DNA of 64,000 bases from Octopus vulgaris. Lineage: Eukaryota. The notes under the pieces were generated by a model. It had not been told where the DNA came from. It ran no database searches and was given only the letters and a program-made list of their open reading frames with translations. Positions 26,404 to 39,900 of this stretch are shown piece by piece. Made by a program: the position numbers and the translations under genes. Where the stretch lies: the NCBI GenBank assembly GCA_951406725.2, contig OX597829.1, positions 27,838,001-27,902,000 on the forward strand. Direction: 5' to 3'. The stretch's first letter is position 1. Each line of letters opens with the position of its first letter.

Positions 26404-27285
26404 ATTATTATGAGAAATTATGTAGTACTTACTAAGAGACAGAAAAAAAAGAGGCGTTGAATATAAAGCATACTGATTGATTGATTGCTCATTAGATATG
26501 TACTAAGCTAACTATGTATGTCTGTGGCGAAGCTAAGATCATATATAATGAGTTATAATAAAATACGTATAGACATGAAGCAGAAAGCATTGAGTATGTA
26601 GATCTTTTCTTCAGTCATTCGTGTTTTTAGTCAAACAAGTCGAACTCCAGCATTTGCATTTTAAGCTGGGTACTTTATTCTATCGAACTGTTCTGCCGAA
26701 CTACTAAATCACGGGGACGTAAACAAACCAACACCGGATGTGAAGCTGTTGGCGAGGACAAACACTAAGACATATATTATACAATCGCGCGCGCGCGCAC
26801 ACACACACACACTTCCAGTTTCCGTCTACCAAATCCACTCACAAGGCTTTTATCAGCCTGGAGCTACAGTAGAAGACGCTTGTCCAAGGTGCTACGCAGC
26901 GGGATCGAAACCTGAACAATGTAGATGGGAAACGAACTTCTTACCACACAGCCATGCATGTATATTATTTAATAACAATTTGACTCAGCTCCATACGAAA
27001 TTGATAGGACGAACCTGTCTCGTCATCAGGCATATATGGAGAAGGGTCTTTTTGAGATACTTCTAGAGTTAGGTTCGTCCTATGAGCCCAAACAAAACAC
27101 TAAATTGCTTAGAGCCGAGTCATATTGTAAAACGCATCGTATCGCCTGTCGGTCATGCTGGTAGAAGGAAACTATAACAACAAAGGGAGCGGGAGTGACT
27201 GACAGTGAGAGGTGCTAAATGCAGGCGAACTGTCACGATGGGTTTTACTTTGAAGTCGCTGTGCAGATTTTTATCGTAAATAATA

Positions 27286-27806
27286 CCGTAAATCCTCGAG
27301 TATAATCCGCATTTTTTCCCTAAAATTTAATGGTCAAAATCCCTAGTGCGTACTATATACGAGGTTAAAAATGAAAATTATTTTCTATGCAATGTCCGAG
27401 TCTCTATTTGCTGTCCGGCAATGTTTATTCAGATGTATTTTGTGATGTCGGACGCGAAAATACCCTAAGCTAAGCCTGAAAGCAATGAAGTCATAAAAGA
27501 ATCATCCATAACTTGCAGTAAGCAACATTTATTAAACGTTATTATTATTATTACTGTTATTTCTTTATTTTCTGCAAACAAAATGCGCAAAAAAGCTACA
27601 CATTTGTATTATGTTATATATACAATAATAATAAAGGACGTTACCGTATACATTTTTACAAACCAAGGACGTTATATAGACCTCCTTGACTCAAGTTAGA
27701 GAAGGAATGCGTATTATACACAAGGTTTAGGTTTTTCAGAGGTACAACCCCCTAAAAATCTCCTGCGTATTATACTCAAGGACGGACTATACTCGAGGAA
27801 TTACGG
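27286..27806. mobile_element. Tc1/mariner-superfamily (pogo/Tc2-type) MITE
   Basis: TA on both flanks; TIRs CCGTAAATCCTCGAGTATAATCCG / CGGACTATACTCGAGGAATTACGG. Confidence 0.85.
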
Positions 27807-27942
27807 TATTTACTTTAACAATTTCACACACACACAATAAAATTGTCGGTATTTGTGACGACACGGATATGCTAGTTATTAAATAATATCTGTAATTCTT
27901 ACCAGATATATTGTCATTTTCGTGTGTGTGTGTGCGCACGCG

Positions 27943-27974
<32 letters not shown>

Positions 27975-28089
27975 AGAGAACAAGGTGTACGTTACGCCGC
28001 AATAATATTTTTTTTATTTTTTTTATTTTATCTAGTTTCAGCTCACGAGTTGTGGCCATGCTGGGGCACAATTATATATAAAAATACAT

Positions 28090-28292
28090 AATGGGACAAT
28101 AACGCAAAACACACAAAGAGACGACCCAAAAAACGGACGGGTCATTCGAAGCCTCTAATCTTCAGTCAGGAACCGGATCATCCCAGCCGAAATTGCTAGG
28201 ATGATCCGGTTTCTGACTGAAGATTAGAGACTTCGAATGACCCATCCGTTTTTTGGGTCGTCTCTTTGTGTGTTTTGCGTTCTTGTCCCATT
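28090..28292. repeat. Near-perfect palindrome with about 98 bp arms (probably an inverted Penelope-type LTR pair)
   Basis: ATGGGACAA...GGATCATCCCAGC-CGAAATT-GCTAGGATGATCC...TTGTCCCAT, with few mismatches. Confidence 0.85.
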
Positions 28293-28301
28293 TTGTATAT
28301 A

Positions 28302-28332
<31 letters not shown>

Positions 28333-28334
28333 AA

Positions 28335-29830
28335 CTTAGATAATTTAGATTGGTTTCGGCCATTATCTGCCTAGGCCATGACTAACTCAATAGCGCCACC
28401 GGGAAAAGTCTTTTAGTTAATTATTTCGGGACATTATGGAGCACTCGAGCAGAGAGCTGTTGGTTAAGGCCTATCCAGGTGTAGGTGGTTTATCCGGTAT
28501 TTCCTGGAGGAATTTGTCCAGATATCGTTTTTGAGGTCTTTTTTTTTTACTTTAATTTCTTTCGGGATAACATCGAAAAGTGCAGGACCATTTGCAGTTA
28601 AGAAATTGTATTGCAATGTTCTTATGTGATGCAATCTCAACCTTTGTAGAGGACACATTGCACGGGAACCTAGTCTTGAGTGTATTGTAAACATAATCCC
28701 GATATTATTTGGATTATATTAGTGGAATATTTTCCACATCGTGGAACTAATGTATCGCTCACGGCGGCGTTACAGAGGATAGAGCTTCAGCTGTTTAAAT
28801 CGAGCCCAATAATCAAGTCCCATCATGCCATTTATTTTTTTTTTTTTTATGATTGACCTGTGTGGCGCTTCGATCCTCATTATGTTTTGTTTTTTGTTTT
28901 GTTTTTTGTAGAGGGACCACAATGGGCAGCAGTATTCGAGGTGGGGGCCTAACGAATGTGGAGAAGAGAAGGATGATGGTTTCATGATCCCTAGATTGAA
29001 AAGTTCTGAGGATCCATGAGCACATTCTGCGTGCAAAATCGACTTTTTTGTTGATGTGCACACTCCAACTAAGGTTGCTGTCAACAGTTACACCTAGGTC
29101 TCTGATATTATCCGACAGTTCAAGTAGGTCTCCCGAGACGGTTGCGAATATGGTTGAGTGTGCCCTCACTTCCAAAGTGGATGAACTAAAATTTTTCTTC
29201 GTTCAACTGTATATTGTTTTTTTCCTGTTTTTTGTTGTTGTTTGTTTTTTGTTTTTTTGTGCCTACTGGGTTACTGCGCATAGGTCCAATTGAAGCATTG
29301 TTCGATCACATGCTCCCTTAAAGACTTTCTGGAGCTTAGAGTTATCTGCAAATATTTTTATGGTGCTATGTTCAGTGGAATCTGTAATGTCATTGATACA
29401 GACAATAAAAAGAAGTGGACCCAGCACGGTACCCTGCGGGTACCTGTTTGTTAGGAAATACCCAACCAATTGAAGTAGCTTTCCACCGACTCTTGTGTTG
29501 GATAGTTTCTTTAACAATATATTGTGGTCGACTCTATCAAAGGCCTTGCTGAAATCAAGGTATATGACATCCGCGTTGGAGCCCTCACTTAGTGCATTTA
29601 AGACGTCATCAAAGTGGTGGAAGGGCTGTGTTAGACAGTCCCTCCCACCACAAAAGCCATGCTGATTTCAATTTAGGAGATGATTTTGTTCTAGGATGGC
29701 TGTTATTCTTGATCTCAACATTCTCTCAAATACTTTGATATGTAAGTTGAGTGAGATTGGGCGGTAGTTTACAGGGCGCGATTTATCCCCCCTTTTTAAA
29801 AATAGGAACGACTTGACTGGGAGAGGTTTT
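28335..29830 (-). mobile_element. 5'-truncated CR1-clade LINE (reverse transcriptase region, pseudogenised)
   Basis: Motifs NYRPISL, YLDFSKAFDRVDH, PQGTVLGPLLF, IFADNSKL, IRDLGVTVDSNLSW, PHLEYCCPLWS and FKQLKLYPL occur across frameshifted ORFs; a 3' tail lies near 28340-28400. Confidence 0.92.
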
Positions 29831-29837
29831 TTGGGGA

Positions 29838-29876
<39 letters not shown>

Positions 29877-31258
29877 ATCTTTTCCTTTTGAACACACACA
29901 CACACACACATTGTATACAACTGGGGAAGTTGTTCGGAGGCACCATCCACGTGGAAAAACAATAGTTGAGTTAGTGATAACATACCTAATGCAAATAAGT
30001 ATGCAAAAAGAAAAAATGCTCACTGTTCTAATTATCTCAACGTTAACTCAACCTTTGTAGAGAATGCAACTGCAAAGGAAATACTCGTTGACGCCTTCTA
30101 CTTAAAAAACTACTAGTCAAGTCACCGCTCCCATTGTTTTGATGCGCCATTTTCTATCATTAATAAAACGGTCGGCATTTTTGACGGCACGGATGTGCTA
30201 GTTATGAACCAAGAAATTTAATTCAAAAGTTAAAATCATACTGAAGACGGGGGTTGGGATCCGTTTACTTTCAGAATTCATCGAGGCGATTCCTCAAAAC
30301 TTGTTAAGAGTCTATATATGTGTATGCGTACGTGTGTGTGTGTTTGTCTTACGTCATATTTTTAGTAAAAATCTTAGGCCTCTTCCAACAATAAAATCAC
30401 TTCTAATCTGTTAATCACACACACGTTTGCAATCAAATAAATTATAATATAAACTGCCGCACCTATTATTGTTCAAAGGAGAAAAGGTTTAGCTTTATTG
30501 GTACTCTGTGAACTTACAACTGGTGCCAATAGATCTGGTCTAGCAGTCACGCATAAATGTAAACACATTTTATGTAAAGCACTCCATCACACATACACAC
30601 ACACACACGTGTGTGTGCGTGCGCACATAGAAAGTAATAATAAAGTAAATTTATTGTTGCAGTTTATTTAGATCCTTCGTAGGTCAATTTATAAGAGACA
30701 AACATTCGGGTGATACAAATGACAATGACCTACTTCACGACAGGCACCAGTATGTCTGAATGGGCAGTATTGTTTGTATGCAGTCAGTATAATACATTTT
30801 ATACATAAGATATAGTATCGAACTTCTTATCCAGCTTCCAGAATTTCCAGAAAAAAAAAACGCAATAACGAGCAATATACTGAAGTTAGTTGATATACAT
30901 CCGGTGTGTCAAAAAAAAAAATTTGTTTTACTTTTTTGAGTAGGTAAAGATTAAACGTACACTGCTTTAGTATTGCATTAATTTGTATCTATTAAGTAAA
31001 ATATGTTTTTATTTTTACTTTCCTTCGTTCATTTTTCATCCCATAAATATACTGTATACATTAAGGTATATTTAAGAAATTTTCAGTATATCAATAAATA
31101 TCAAACAAGCCCTGCTTTTGGAAGTGTATTAAATTCTATCTGTTAAATGCAATTTAGTTCTCGACTTTTCATATTTCATTTTATATCTTAAATATATATT
31201 TAGACTGTCTCCAGAAATCCGGGACACTTCGGTACCAAGCTTGCCGGATAAGTAGTCC

Positions 31259-31298
<40 letters not shown>

Positions 31299-31943
31299 TA
31301 TATATTACATACATATAACTGAACACTTTCTGTTAACCGGCACAAGCTCATCCATAGGGCCAGTTGAAAATATATATTTTTTCATGGCATTTTAGAAATT
31401 TCGGGAAACTTGAAATGATACGTTCTTAATGGAGAAATCCAACAGAGATAAAGCTATATAATATATATAAATAATAATAAATAATAGCATGTTGATAAAT
31501 ATTAGGTTCAATAACCCTTTCTACCCTTGGGACCGAACCCACGTTCTCTATAAACATGACAGACGTTCTACCATTGGGTAGGCAGCTTTCACGTTTCACT
31601 TCTCTGAAGGTCTTTTTTAACCCAATATTTATTTACATGCTATTATTTATAACTTTAAGTCCTTCCGTTAAAAACGAATGCTTCTTTCAGTCTATTTGTA
31701 TCCTACTTGTATTGAATAGTCCTTTGAACAATGTGTGAGCGCGCGTACGCGTACATATGTATATATTAAACATGAATATCTGTCTGTCTTTCTTTCCACC
31801 TGGCTATTTCTAATTATTTATCTATTTATTAACTTTTACAATGAAAAAGTTGACAGTGACATCAGAATGATTGCGGCTAGCAAGTCGACTTCGAAGTAAC
31901 TGTCATCCTTCTTGTAAAAAGTTAACTATACTCTATCAGACAA

Positions 31944-32174
31944 GGCGGTGAACTGGCAGAAACGTTAGCACGCCGGGCGAAATGCGTAGCCGTATTTTGT
32001 CTGCCGTTACGTTCTGAGTTCAAATTCCGTCGAGGTCGACTTTGCCTTTCATCCTTTCGGGGTCGATAAATTAAGTACCAGTGACGCACTGGGATCGATG
32101 TAATCGACTTAATCCGTTTGTCTGTCCTTGTTTGTCCCCTCTGTGTTTAGCCCCTTGTGGGTAGTAAAGAAATA
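31944..32174 (+). mobile_element. Full-length Meta-type tRNA SINE with a 17 bp TSD
   Basis: TSD TATACTCTATCAGACAA at 31927-31943 and 32175-32191. A-box TGGCAGAAACG, B-box GAGTTCAAATT, tail TTTAGCCCCTTGTGGGTAGTAAAGAAAT. Confidence 0.9.
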
Positions 32175-32794
32175 TATACTCTATCAGACAAAAAAAGAAA
32201 AAAGGAGGGGGGGTCTGAGTAATCCTTCAATCTAAAGTTTGTATCCATATATATATATAACTCGACATAAAAACATCAATCACTCAATCATTCAACGCAA
32301 AGACACGTCAATAATTCCATTAAATTTTGCAGATGTTGGGAACCACTGGATAGATAAAAAAAATCCCTCGTCGTACAAGATGTTCTGTTTAAAAAAAAAA
32401 AAATCATCGTTACTAGCAATTTTAAAAATATTTATTTGTTGTTGTTTAATCCCCAGTTTTAACCACGATCGAACAGACCTTCCATCAAAGGCATTCCAAC
32501 CGTGTCCATCCTGTCTTTTTTTTTTATGCCTTAGCATTGTGTATTTTGTCACTACCAGTTTTAAAGATAGCATAATTTTGCCGCTATAACTAACAGGTCT
32601 AACAACTCTCTTAAAGGCAGCTAGCTTAGTTTCAAACAACAAAGCTTGCTGCTGGTCGCATACTTATCAAACCACCTATCCATTCAGTTATTTCACTGAT
32701 GGAGGCGGTGGCCGCAACAGCAACTAAGTTGTCACAGCAACTGCTGTTGTAAGATATACACAGTATATACTATACCGGGATATATTGTTATATA

Positions 32795-33320
32795 GTTCTT
32801 TTATCCTTTACTTGTCAGTCACTGGACTGTAGTCATGCTGAGGCATAGCCCTTCAAATCGACCCCTGTACGTTTTTATCAAATAATAAAAAAAAAAGATC
32901 GACACCCGGTTGTCAATCGTAGTGGGGTAGGGAAACACGAGCGCGAGCAATACACACGTCAAGCTTCTTTCAGTTTCTTATTTCTTTACGACCCACAAGG
33001 GGCTAAACACAGAGAGGACAAACAAGGACAGACAAACGAATTTAAGTCGATTATATCGACTCCAGTACGTAACTGGTACTTATTTAATCGACCCCGAAAG
33101 GATGAAAGGCAAAGTCGACCTCGGCGGAATTTGAACTCAGAACGTAACGGCAGACGAAATACCGCTAAGCATTTCGCCCGGCGCGCTAACGTTTCTGCCA
33201 GCTCGCCGCCTTTCAGTTTCTGTCCATCAAATCCACTCACGAGACTTTCGTCATGCAATGAGACTGGACCTGAGACAATGAAGTTAGGAAGCAAAAGTTC
33301 TTACAAACAGCCATGCCTGT
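32795..33320 (-). mobile_element. CORE-type SINE interrupted by a nested Meta-type SINE (~32979-33210)
   Basis: The nested element is flanked by the duplicated host sequence TTTCAGTTTCT. Confidence 0.8.
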
Positions 33321-33354
33321 GCATGCATTTATAAAGTGTATACACACACAATTG

Positions 33355-33705
33355 GCGTAGCTGTGTGATTAAGAAGCTTGCTTCCCAACATGATGGTTCT
33401 GAGTTCAGCCCCACTGCGTGGCACCTTGGGCAAGTGTCTTCTACTATAGCCTTGGGCTGACCAAAGCCTTGTGAATGAAAGCCTGTCATATATATATATA
33501 TATATGAGTGTGTGTGTCTGTGTTCGTCTCCCACCATTGCCTGACAACTGATGATAGTGAGTTTACATCCTCTTAACTTAGTTCGGCGAAACAGACCAAT
33601 AGAATAAGTACTAGACTTACAAGGAATAATTCCTTGGGTCGATTTGTTCAACTAAAGGCGGTGCTCCAGCATGGCTGCAGTCAAATGACTAAACAAATAA
33701 AAGAA
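33355..33705 (+). mobile_element. CORE-type SINE
   Basis: Same family as 4820-5192; CpG-decayed. Confidence 0.8.
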
Positions 33706-34320
33706 TACACACACACACATACTATATGTATATAATATAAAGACATATATGCATATATATTGTAAAGACCTCTTGACCCTCTGTATAATACAAGAAGTTT
33801 AATACAAAACACCAGAATCAAAATTAAGTAAAGTATTATATTTCTGTAAAAAATTGTATCCACAAATAGGTCTAGAGGGGGTAGTGGTTTTCATATTTGA
33901 CATTACATTGTAATGGAAAGAGTAAGTGCAGAAAATGTATTTGAACATCGCCACATGTCCTCCTGTAAACCTTTTTATAACAATTGTTGTTTTAAATGAA
34001 TTAATGAATGGATGGATGGAGTCCTGGTGGTAAATAAATGAAACAATAATTATCTTAATTATTTTATCTAATCTCTGTTAGATTCCATTTTATGTTCATG
34101 ATGTTTGTTGTATGCTACTCTCATTAATAATTATTAATGAGAGAAGCAATAATAGTCGCAATCCTCTTCAGCTATTAAAGGCTGATTAAATTTTTTTTAA
34201 GTCTTGCAGGGCTATATTTTAGTACTATGCTATCAAAATGCAATAAAAGTAGCAGAACGTAGAATAGGAATACAAGACATTTATTTCAGTACATAAATAA
34301 AAGTGAAAGGAAACAGAACA

Positions 34321-34351
<31 letters not shown>

Positions 34352-34691
34352 AAGTTCTACAAGTTAACTTCAATTCATGAGACTGAAACTTTAAGTTGCA
34401 TGGAGCTGAATCAAACAGTTACAAAATAATATATGTAACTTGTACCAAATGTGTTCAGTGGTACCTTCTACCCACAAAATTGTGTGTGTGTATATATATA
34501 AATAATTCATTATCTTCAGTCCAACAAAATATATTTTGTTTCACATACAGTTCTCCAAGAACTATATATTTTGTTGGACTAATGTTTACAGATTAAATAT
34601 TTTATTTGCTCTCAGATTTATCTTTGTTTTAAATACATTGTTCCAGACAAATCTTCTTTTGAACTTGCCACCCCACTGAAAATACATATAT

Positions 34692-34763
<72 letters not shown>

Positions 34764-34839
34764 GGTAAGGTGATGTAAACAGGAAAAATAGAACTAGTAT
34801 ACATGAGCATATGTATATTTTTTAAAATTAATATTTAAC

Positions 34840-35385
34840 AGGAGCACCACAGAACTCTAGCAGCTTTGTTCCCTCTTCATTTCTGGAACTAAACAGTTAA
34901 CCTCCATGCATGCCATGAAAACTGTTGGAGTGTTTTTCAACATGGCCATTGAAGTCCCCCTGCCATTATGAGAATGTTATTGTCTTTCATTGTTGAAACA
35001 GTCTGTAGAAGGGATTCATAGAAATTGTCCTTGTAAATATCTGCAAGTCCAGTCTAACATGCAGAAATAAATGACACTGTTACATGAAACAGGACTAATC
35101 TCAGCTTAATAATCCTATCACACACCTTGACTACTTCAATCACCTTACCCACTCATTTTTCTGCCAAAAGATACCTACACCAGCTAACCTATCATTGGTA
35201 GCCACCCAGAAAAACTTGTATCTATGTTTCTGTTTCCCCAAGTAGTCTAGCTTAGGCTCCCCTCCATCTCCCCAAGTAGTCTAGCTTAGGCTCCCCTCTT
35301 GCACACAGCACACATTTACATGCCTTTGCTCTAGCATTTCAACAATCTTGCCAGATCTGTCTTTCACAGTGTCAGCATTGATTGT
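34840..35385 (-). mobile_element. Old RTE/BovB LINE endonuclease fragment
   Basis: Translation KVIEVVKVCDRIIKLRLVL...KDNFYESLLQTVS...IMAGDFNGHV...RNEEGTKLLEFC is homologous to 53802-54270. It contains a 33 bp tandem duplication (~35236-35298). Confidence 0.8.
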
Positions 35386-37501
35386 GACAACTCTGAGCTT
35401 GTGAACCTGGGAAGCCTGAGAAGGAAGTTGTGGGGGTGTTTTCAACATCTGGAAAGAAGAAAATCCTTGTGGCTACTTCCAGCTTAGTGTAAGTAGGTAC
35501 AGGTTGCAGCATTGATTACAATTAGATTTTCTTTTAGTCCTGTAAAGCCTTCATGGGTACACAACTGCTATGTGTGGAAGGAGATAAAGGGGAGGAAGAA
35601 ATTTTCATTATTATTATTATTATTATGACAACAATTAGTTTTCAGAAATATAGAAGTAACTGCATGCACCATGATAATGTATATACTTCTAAATCATCAC
35701 CGGCGCCACATTATAGTCATATATACATAAACATGCATATGTATACATAAGCACATACAGGACCGATGCATTACATGTAGAAACATGCATGTGGAGCCCA
35801 TTGGTCTACCAATATGCATGACATGTATCTGTATAACTACGCACTCGTAAACAGTTCATGGATAAAATCATCAAGGGAAGTGCCTACCTATCTATCTATT
35901 TATCTGTATCTATATATATATATATATAAGTATGGTTGTGTGATTATGAGTTTGTGTGTATGTTATTGTCTCTTTGTTTCAACTTCACAGTATAGTTTGT
36001 GAATGAATGCCACTGCCAAGCAAGAAGAGTCCTTCATTCCTAATTTTCATTGAAAACGTATCTGTTTATGAGGAATATTACCCTACATGGAAACAAGTGT
36101 TGGTTGGTGACAGAAGGAGCATCCAGCTGTAGAATATCTGCCTCAGCAAAATCGCATCTGACCGATACTAATATTGAAAAAGTGGTTGTAAAAACGATAT
36201 TTTTTTTACTCTACTTCTTTATACAATCTCCATTAAAATCATGACTTTTTGTGTTACCTACATCGAGCAGTGTAGTAACACACTTTGAGGATTATATAAC
36301 ACATTGAGAATATACACCATATATATATTTATGAATGGAATGAAAGAAATGTACAACTGACATAAATTGAGATGAAGCCTTAATGATGCTTAAAATGTTG
36401 TTCAAAAATATACTTCTATCAAAAAGTCATTCAGTGAACAACTTTCAACCTGCATCTATCTATGCTTGTAATAAACTCTACTTGAATTGCATTTCAAAAT
36501 TTTTATTCTAATCTAATTTGTTGGTTTTACTTCATGAGGATAAATTTACTTTTTATCCATTTTCTTTTTTATTATTCTTGACATGAAACTTGAAATTAAT
36601 ATAACAGATTTTTTTTTTTTTTTTGCTTAAATTTGTGTGAAATCTGAATGGATAGGAATTTGGCATGGAATGAAAAAAAAATTAATTCTAAAAAGAAAAA
36701 AAAACTGAATATTGAAATATATCAGATTCAATGGAAATTTGAATTTGAATCAATAATGAGTTTCAATTTACTTTTCAAAGTTGAATCCATCCATCCATTT
36801 TTTCCACCCCACTATTCCACCAAAAACTGCACTATGGAAAAGGGTTCAAAGAAGAGATTTTTTTCTCTCTCTCTTTTTTTAAAATTCAAGATTTGAGTTT
36901 TAAATTTCAGAAAATTGATCTTCCAATTCCAATTTATGAAAATATTCATTAAAAATTTTGTTTATAATGAAAACCTGCCACAGGTAATTTTGTGTTTAAT
37001 ATCACTGCATGGTATTTTGGGCAAGTATCTTCTACTGTAGCTCTCGGGTGACCAAATGTGAGTGAATTTAGTAGACAGAAACTGTGTGATAGAAGCCTTT
37101 TATATATACTGGGAGTCAAACTCTAACCTTTCATCATCTGACACAAGATCACCTCCTCTAATTCCCCCTCCCTTCTCAAATTTCTTGTCTGCAAGTTACT
37201 TGGTAACCCTGCCAGTGTTGGTGCTACATAAGAAGCAAACAGTCCACACTGTAAAGTGGTTGACATTTGGAAGGGCATCCAGCTATAAAAACCATACCAA
37301 AACTAACCTCATCTGTGCTGGTGCCTTGTAAAAAGCACTCAGTCCACTCTGCTGGGTGGTTGGTATTAGGAACGGCATCCAGCCATAAAAACCATCCCAA
37401 AACAGACACTGAAACCTGGTGTAGTCTTCTGCCTGGCTGGCTCCTGTTAAACCAGCCAATGCATGCCAGCATGAAATGTGGATGTTACACAATGATAATG
37501 A

Positions 37502-37548
<47 letters not shown>

Positions 37549-39424
37549 TATAGATACAAATATACACATCTATACACACACACACTTATCAGTAAATATC
37601 CTGGAATCATGTGGACAGTTAGTGTAATAAAATAAATTATGTAATATACTGTTGTGCACATGAATTTAATGCATTCTATATGACCGTGTATTTTTAACTT
37701 TACTCTAAAATACTTTTTTGTAGTTTATAAAAGGCAAGACTTAAAATATTCATTGTTCATGAAAGATAAAAGCTAAATAATATAAAAAGAAAAAAAAAAA
37801 AGGCAAAAACTTTGCTGCAGTTCAAAATATATATTTTCATTTGCAAGATGAAACAAATCTGATAACAAAGAATGCAGAACAGATTTTCAATTTTCCATTA
37901 TTTCATTTATTATTATTTTTGTGCAAGTATAGAAAACTTTATTGTAGAAGAAACAATGAGTGGCCTTATTTCATCAGAATTCTTGAACATTTTATAGAAG
38001 CTCTTGAAGAGTAGTGTTGTGTGGTGGGGGACTTGTTTAACTCTTTTGATACCAACCTGAGACTGCTCCTGGTTCTACGATGCAAAAAGAAAAAAATCCT
38101 ATTTTAAAGTGATCTAAATTAAAACCTTCCATCAAAAATTTCATGTTAATTTATGTCCGAAACACCCACTTAATAATAACAAAGTTATTTTGCTAAATTC
38201 TTCATTGTTTTTACAATTAATTCATTAATTTCCAAATAAAGGAAACATATCTCAAACACAAATATGGTAAACAAAAGTTTATGGGCAGGGTTCAAGTGTA
38301 ATGACTGTAAGGTCTTTATGTTTACAAACTATTTATTGACCCAAAGAAATATCGTTTTATTATCTAAATACAAGAATTTTGCTTTGAGATTTATAAAAAA
38401 TTTTAAATCAGCAAGCATATTGAAAAAGATGATAAAAATTCCACTTTAGATATCATTGAACAGGAAAAAAAAACCCCAGAGATGTTATTCTACTGTTAAT
38501 AATAGCATTGCTTTTAGCCAGTGGAAATATAATTTTTGTAAATTTCTGTCTATGTATATTGTAAATTCATATCAAAATATGGTGGAATAATGTTCTTAGA
38601 TAAACATGTTCGTGCATACGTGAATGAATCTCTGTGTGTACCTTCAGTTGCATCTAATTATAACTACATCCCCCCTACACACACACACATGAGAGGGTAC
38701 TGAAAAGTTCCCAGCTATGAGTAAAAGAAAATACAAGATCGGTTAATTATGATTTTATGCAACATTTTTCCCTCTCAGATTCACACACTTATTGCAGTAG
38801 TCCTTCAGTTTTTTTCTAAGCCCTGTAAAAGAACTCAGGAGGTTAGGCCTCCAACCAGGCCTTTTACAATATCCTTAAAGCCAAGAACTTTTGGGTTCCC
38901 CCTCATGTGTGTGTGTGTGTATATATATATATACACACACACAGTTATTTAAGCATAAAACTACATAGTAATATCCTTTGATCTGACGGACTCTCTGTTT
39001 GAATATTTTGAACTATTTAGGTTATTGTTTAAAAGTGTAAAGCTTTAATATATTGCATTTGAATATATTTTTTTTTCTTTTTGCACTAGCTGACATCTAA
39101 TTTTGTAATTTTGTGAGGCACAATGGTTATAAGATTCAAGACTACTGACAACATCAGTCATAAATTCAGATCTTATCAGTCAACCATGCTGAGAGATTTG
39201 CGAAGGAAAAAGCAGTCACATGTAAAACAATTTCTTCAACACGTATATAAGTACAAGCATAATCGTGTGGTTAAGAAGTTCACTTCAAAACTACACGATT
39301 TAATCTATTAGTAATTCAATCGGCAACATCCACCTCTAAAATATTCAATATTAATTTTGCCTTAAACTGGCTAGATTTGGCCTCTCACACCTTCCCAACA
39401 GTATCATAAAAATAAACAATCACT

Positions 39425-39688
39425 TCTCTTTTACTTGTTTCAGTCATTTGACTGTGGCAATGCTGGAGCACTGCCTTTTAGTCGATCAAGTCGACCCCCA
39501 GGACTTATTCTTTGTAAGCATAGTACTTATTCTATCGGTCTCTTTTGTCGAACCACTAAGTTATGGGGACGTAAACACACCAACATCGGTTGTCAAGTGA
39601 TGTTGGGGGGACAAATATATACACACATATATGTATATATATATATACGTTTATACATATATATATATATATATTTATATACGTTTAT

Positions 39689-39728
<40 letters not shown>

Positions 39729-39900
39729 GTGTACGACAGTTTCCATCTTTCAGTTTCCATCTTCCAAATCCACTCACAAGGCTTTGGTCGACCTGAAGCT
39801 ATAGTAGAAGACACTTGCCCAAGGTGCCACGTAGTGGGACTGAACCCGGGACTATGTGGTTCGTAAGCAAGCTATTTACCACACAGCCACTCCTATGCCT
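39425..39900 (-). mobile_element. Full-length CORE-type SINE
   Basis: Reverse complement of the 4820-5192 family. Confidence 0.85.

Noticed and set aside
30238-30312. CTGAAGA...CCTCAAAAC as a hammerhead
   Set aside because: The GAAA core is mutated and the stems are poor; at most a dead remnant.
39089-39311. ORF 39123-39311 as a coding exon
   Set aside because: The acceptor is strong, but all three frames close right after it and the ORF is short and unrecognisable. It can only be UTR or non-coding.
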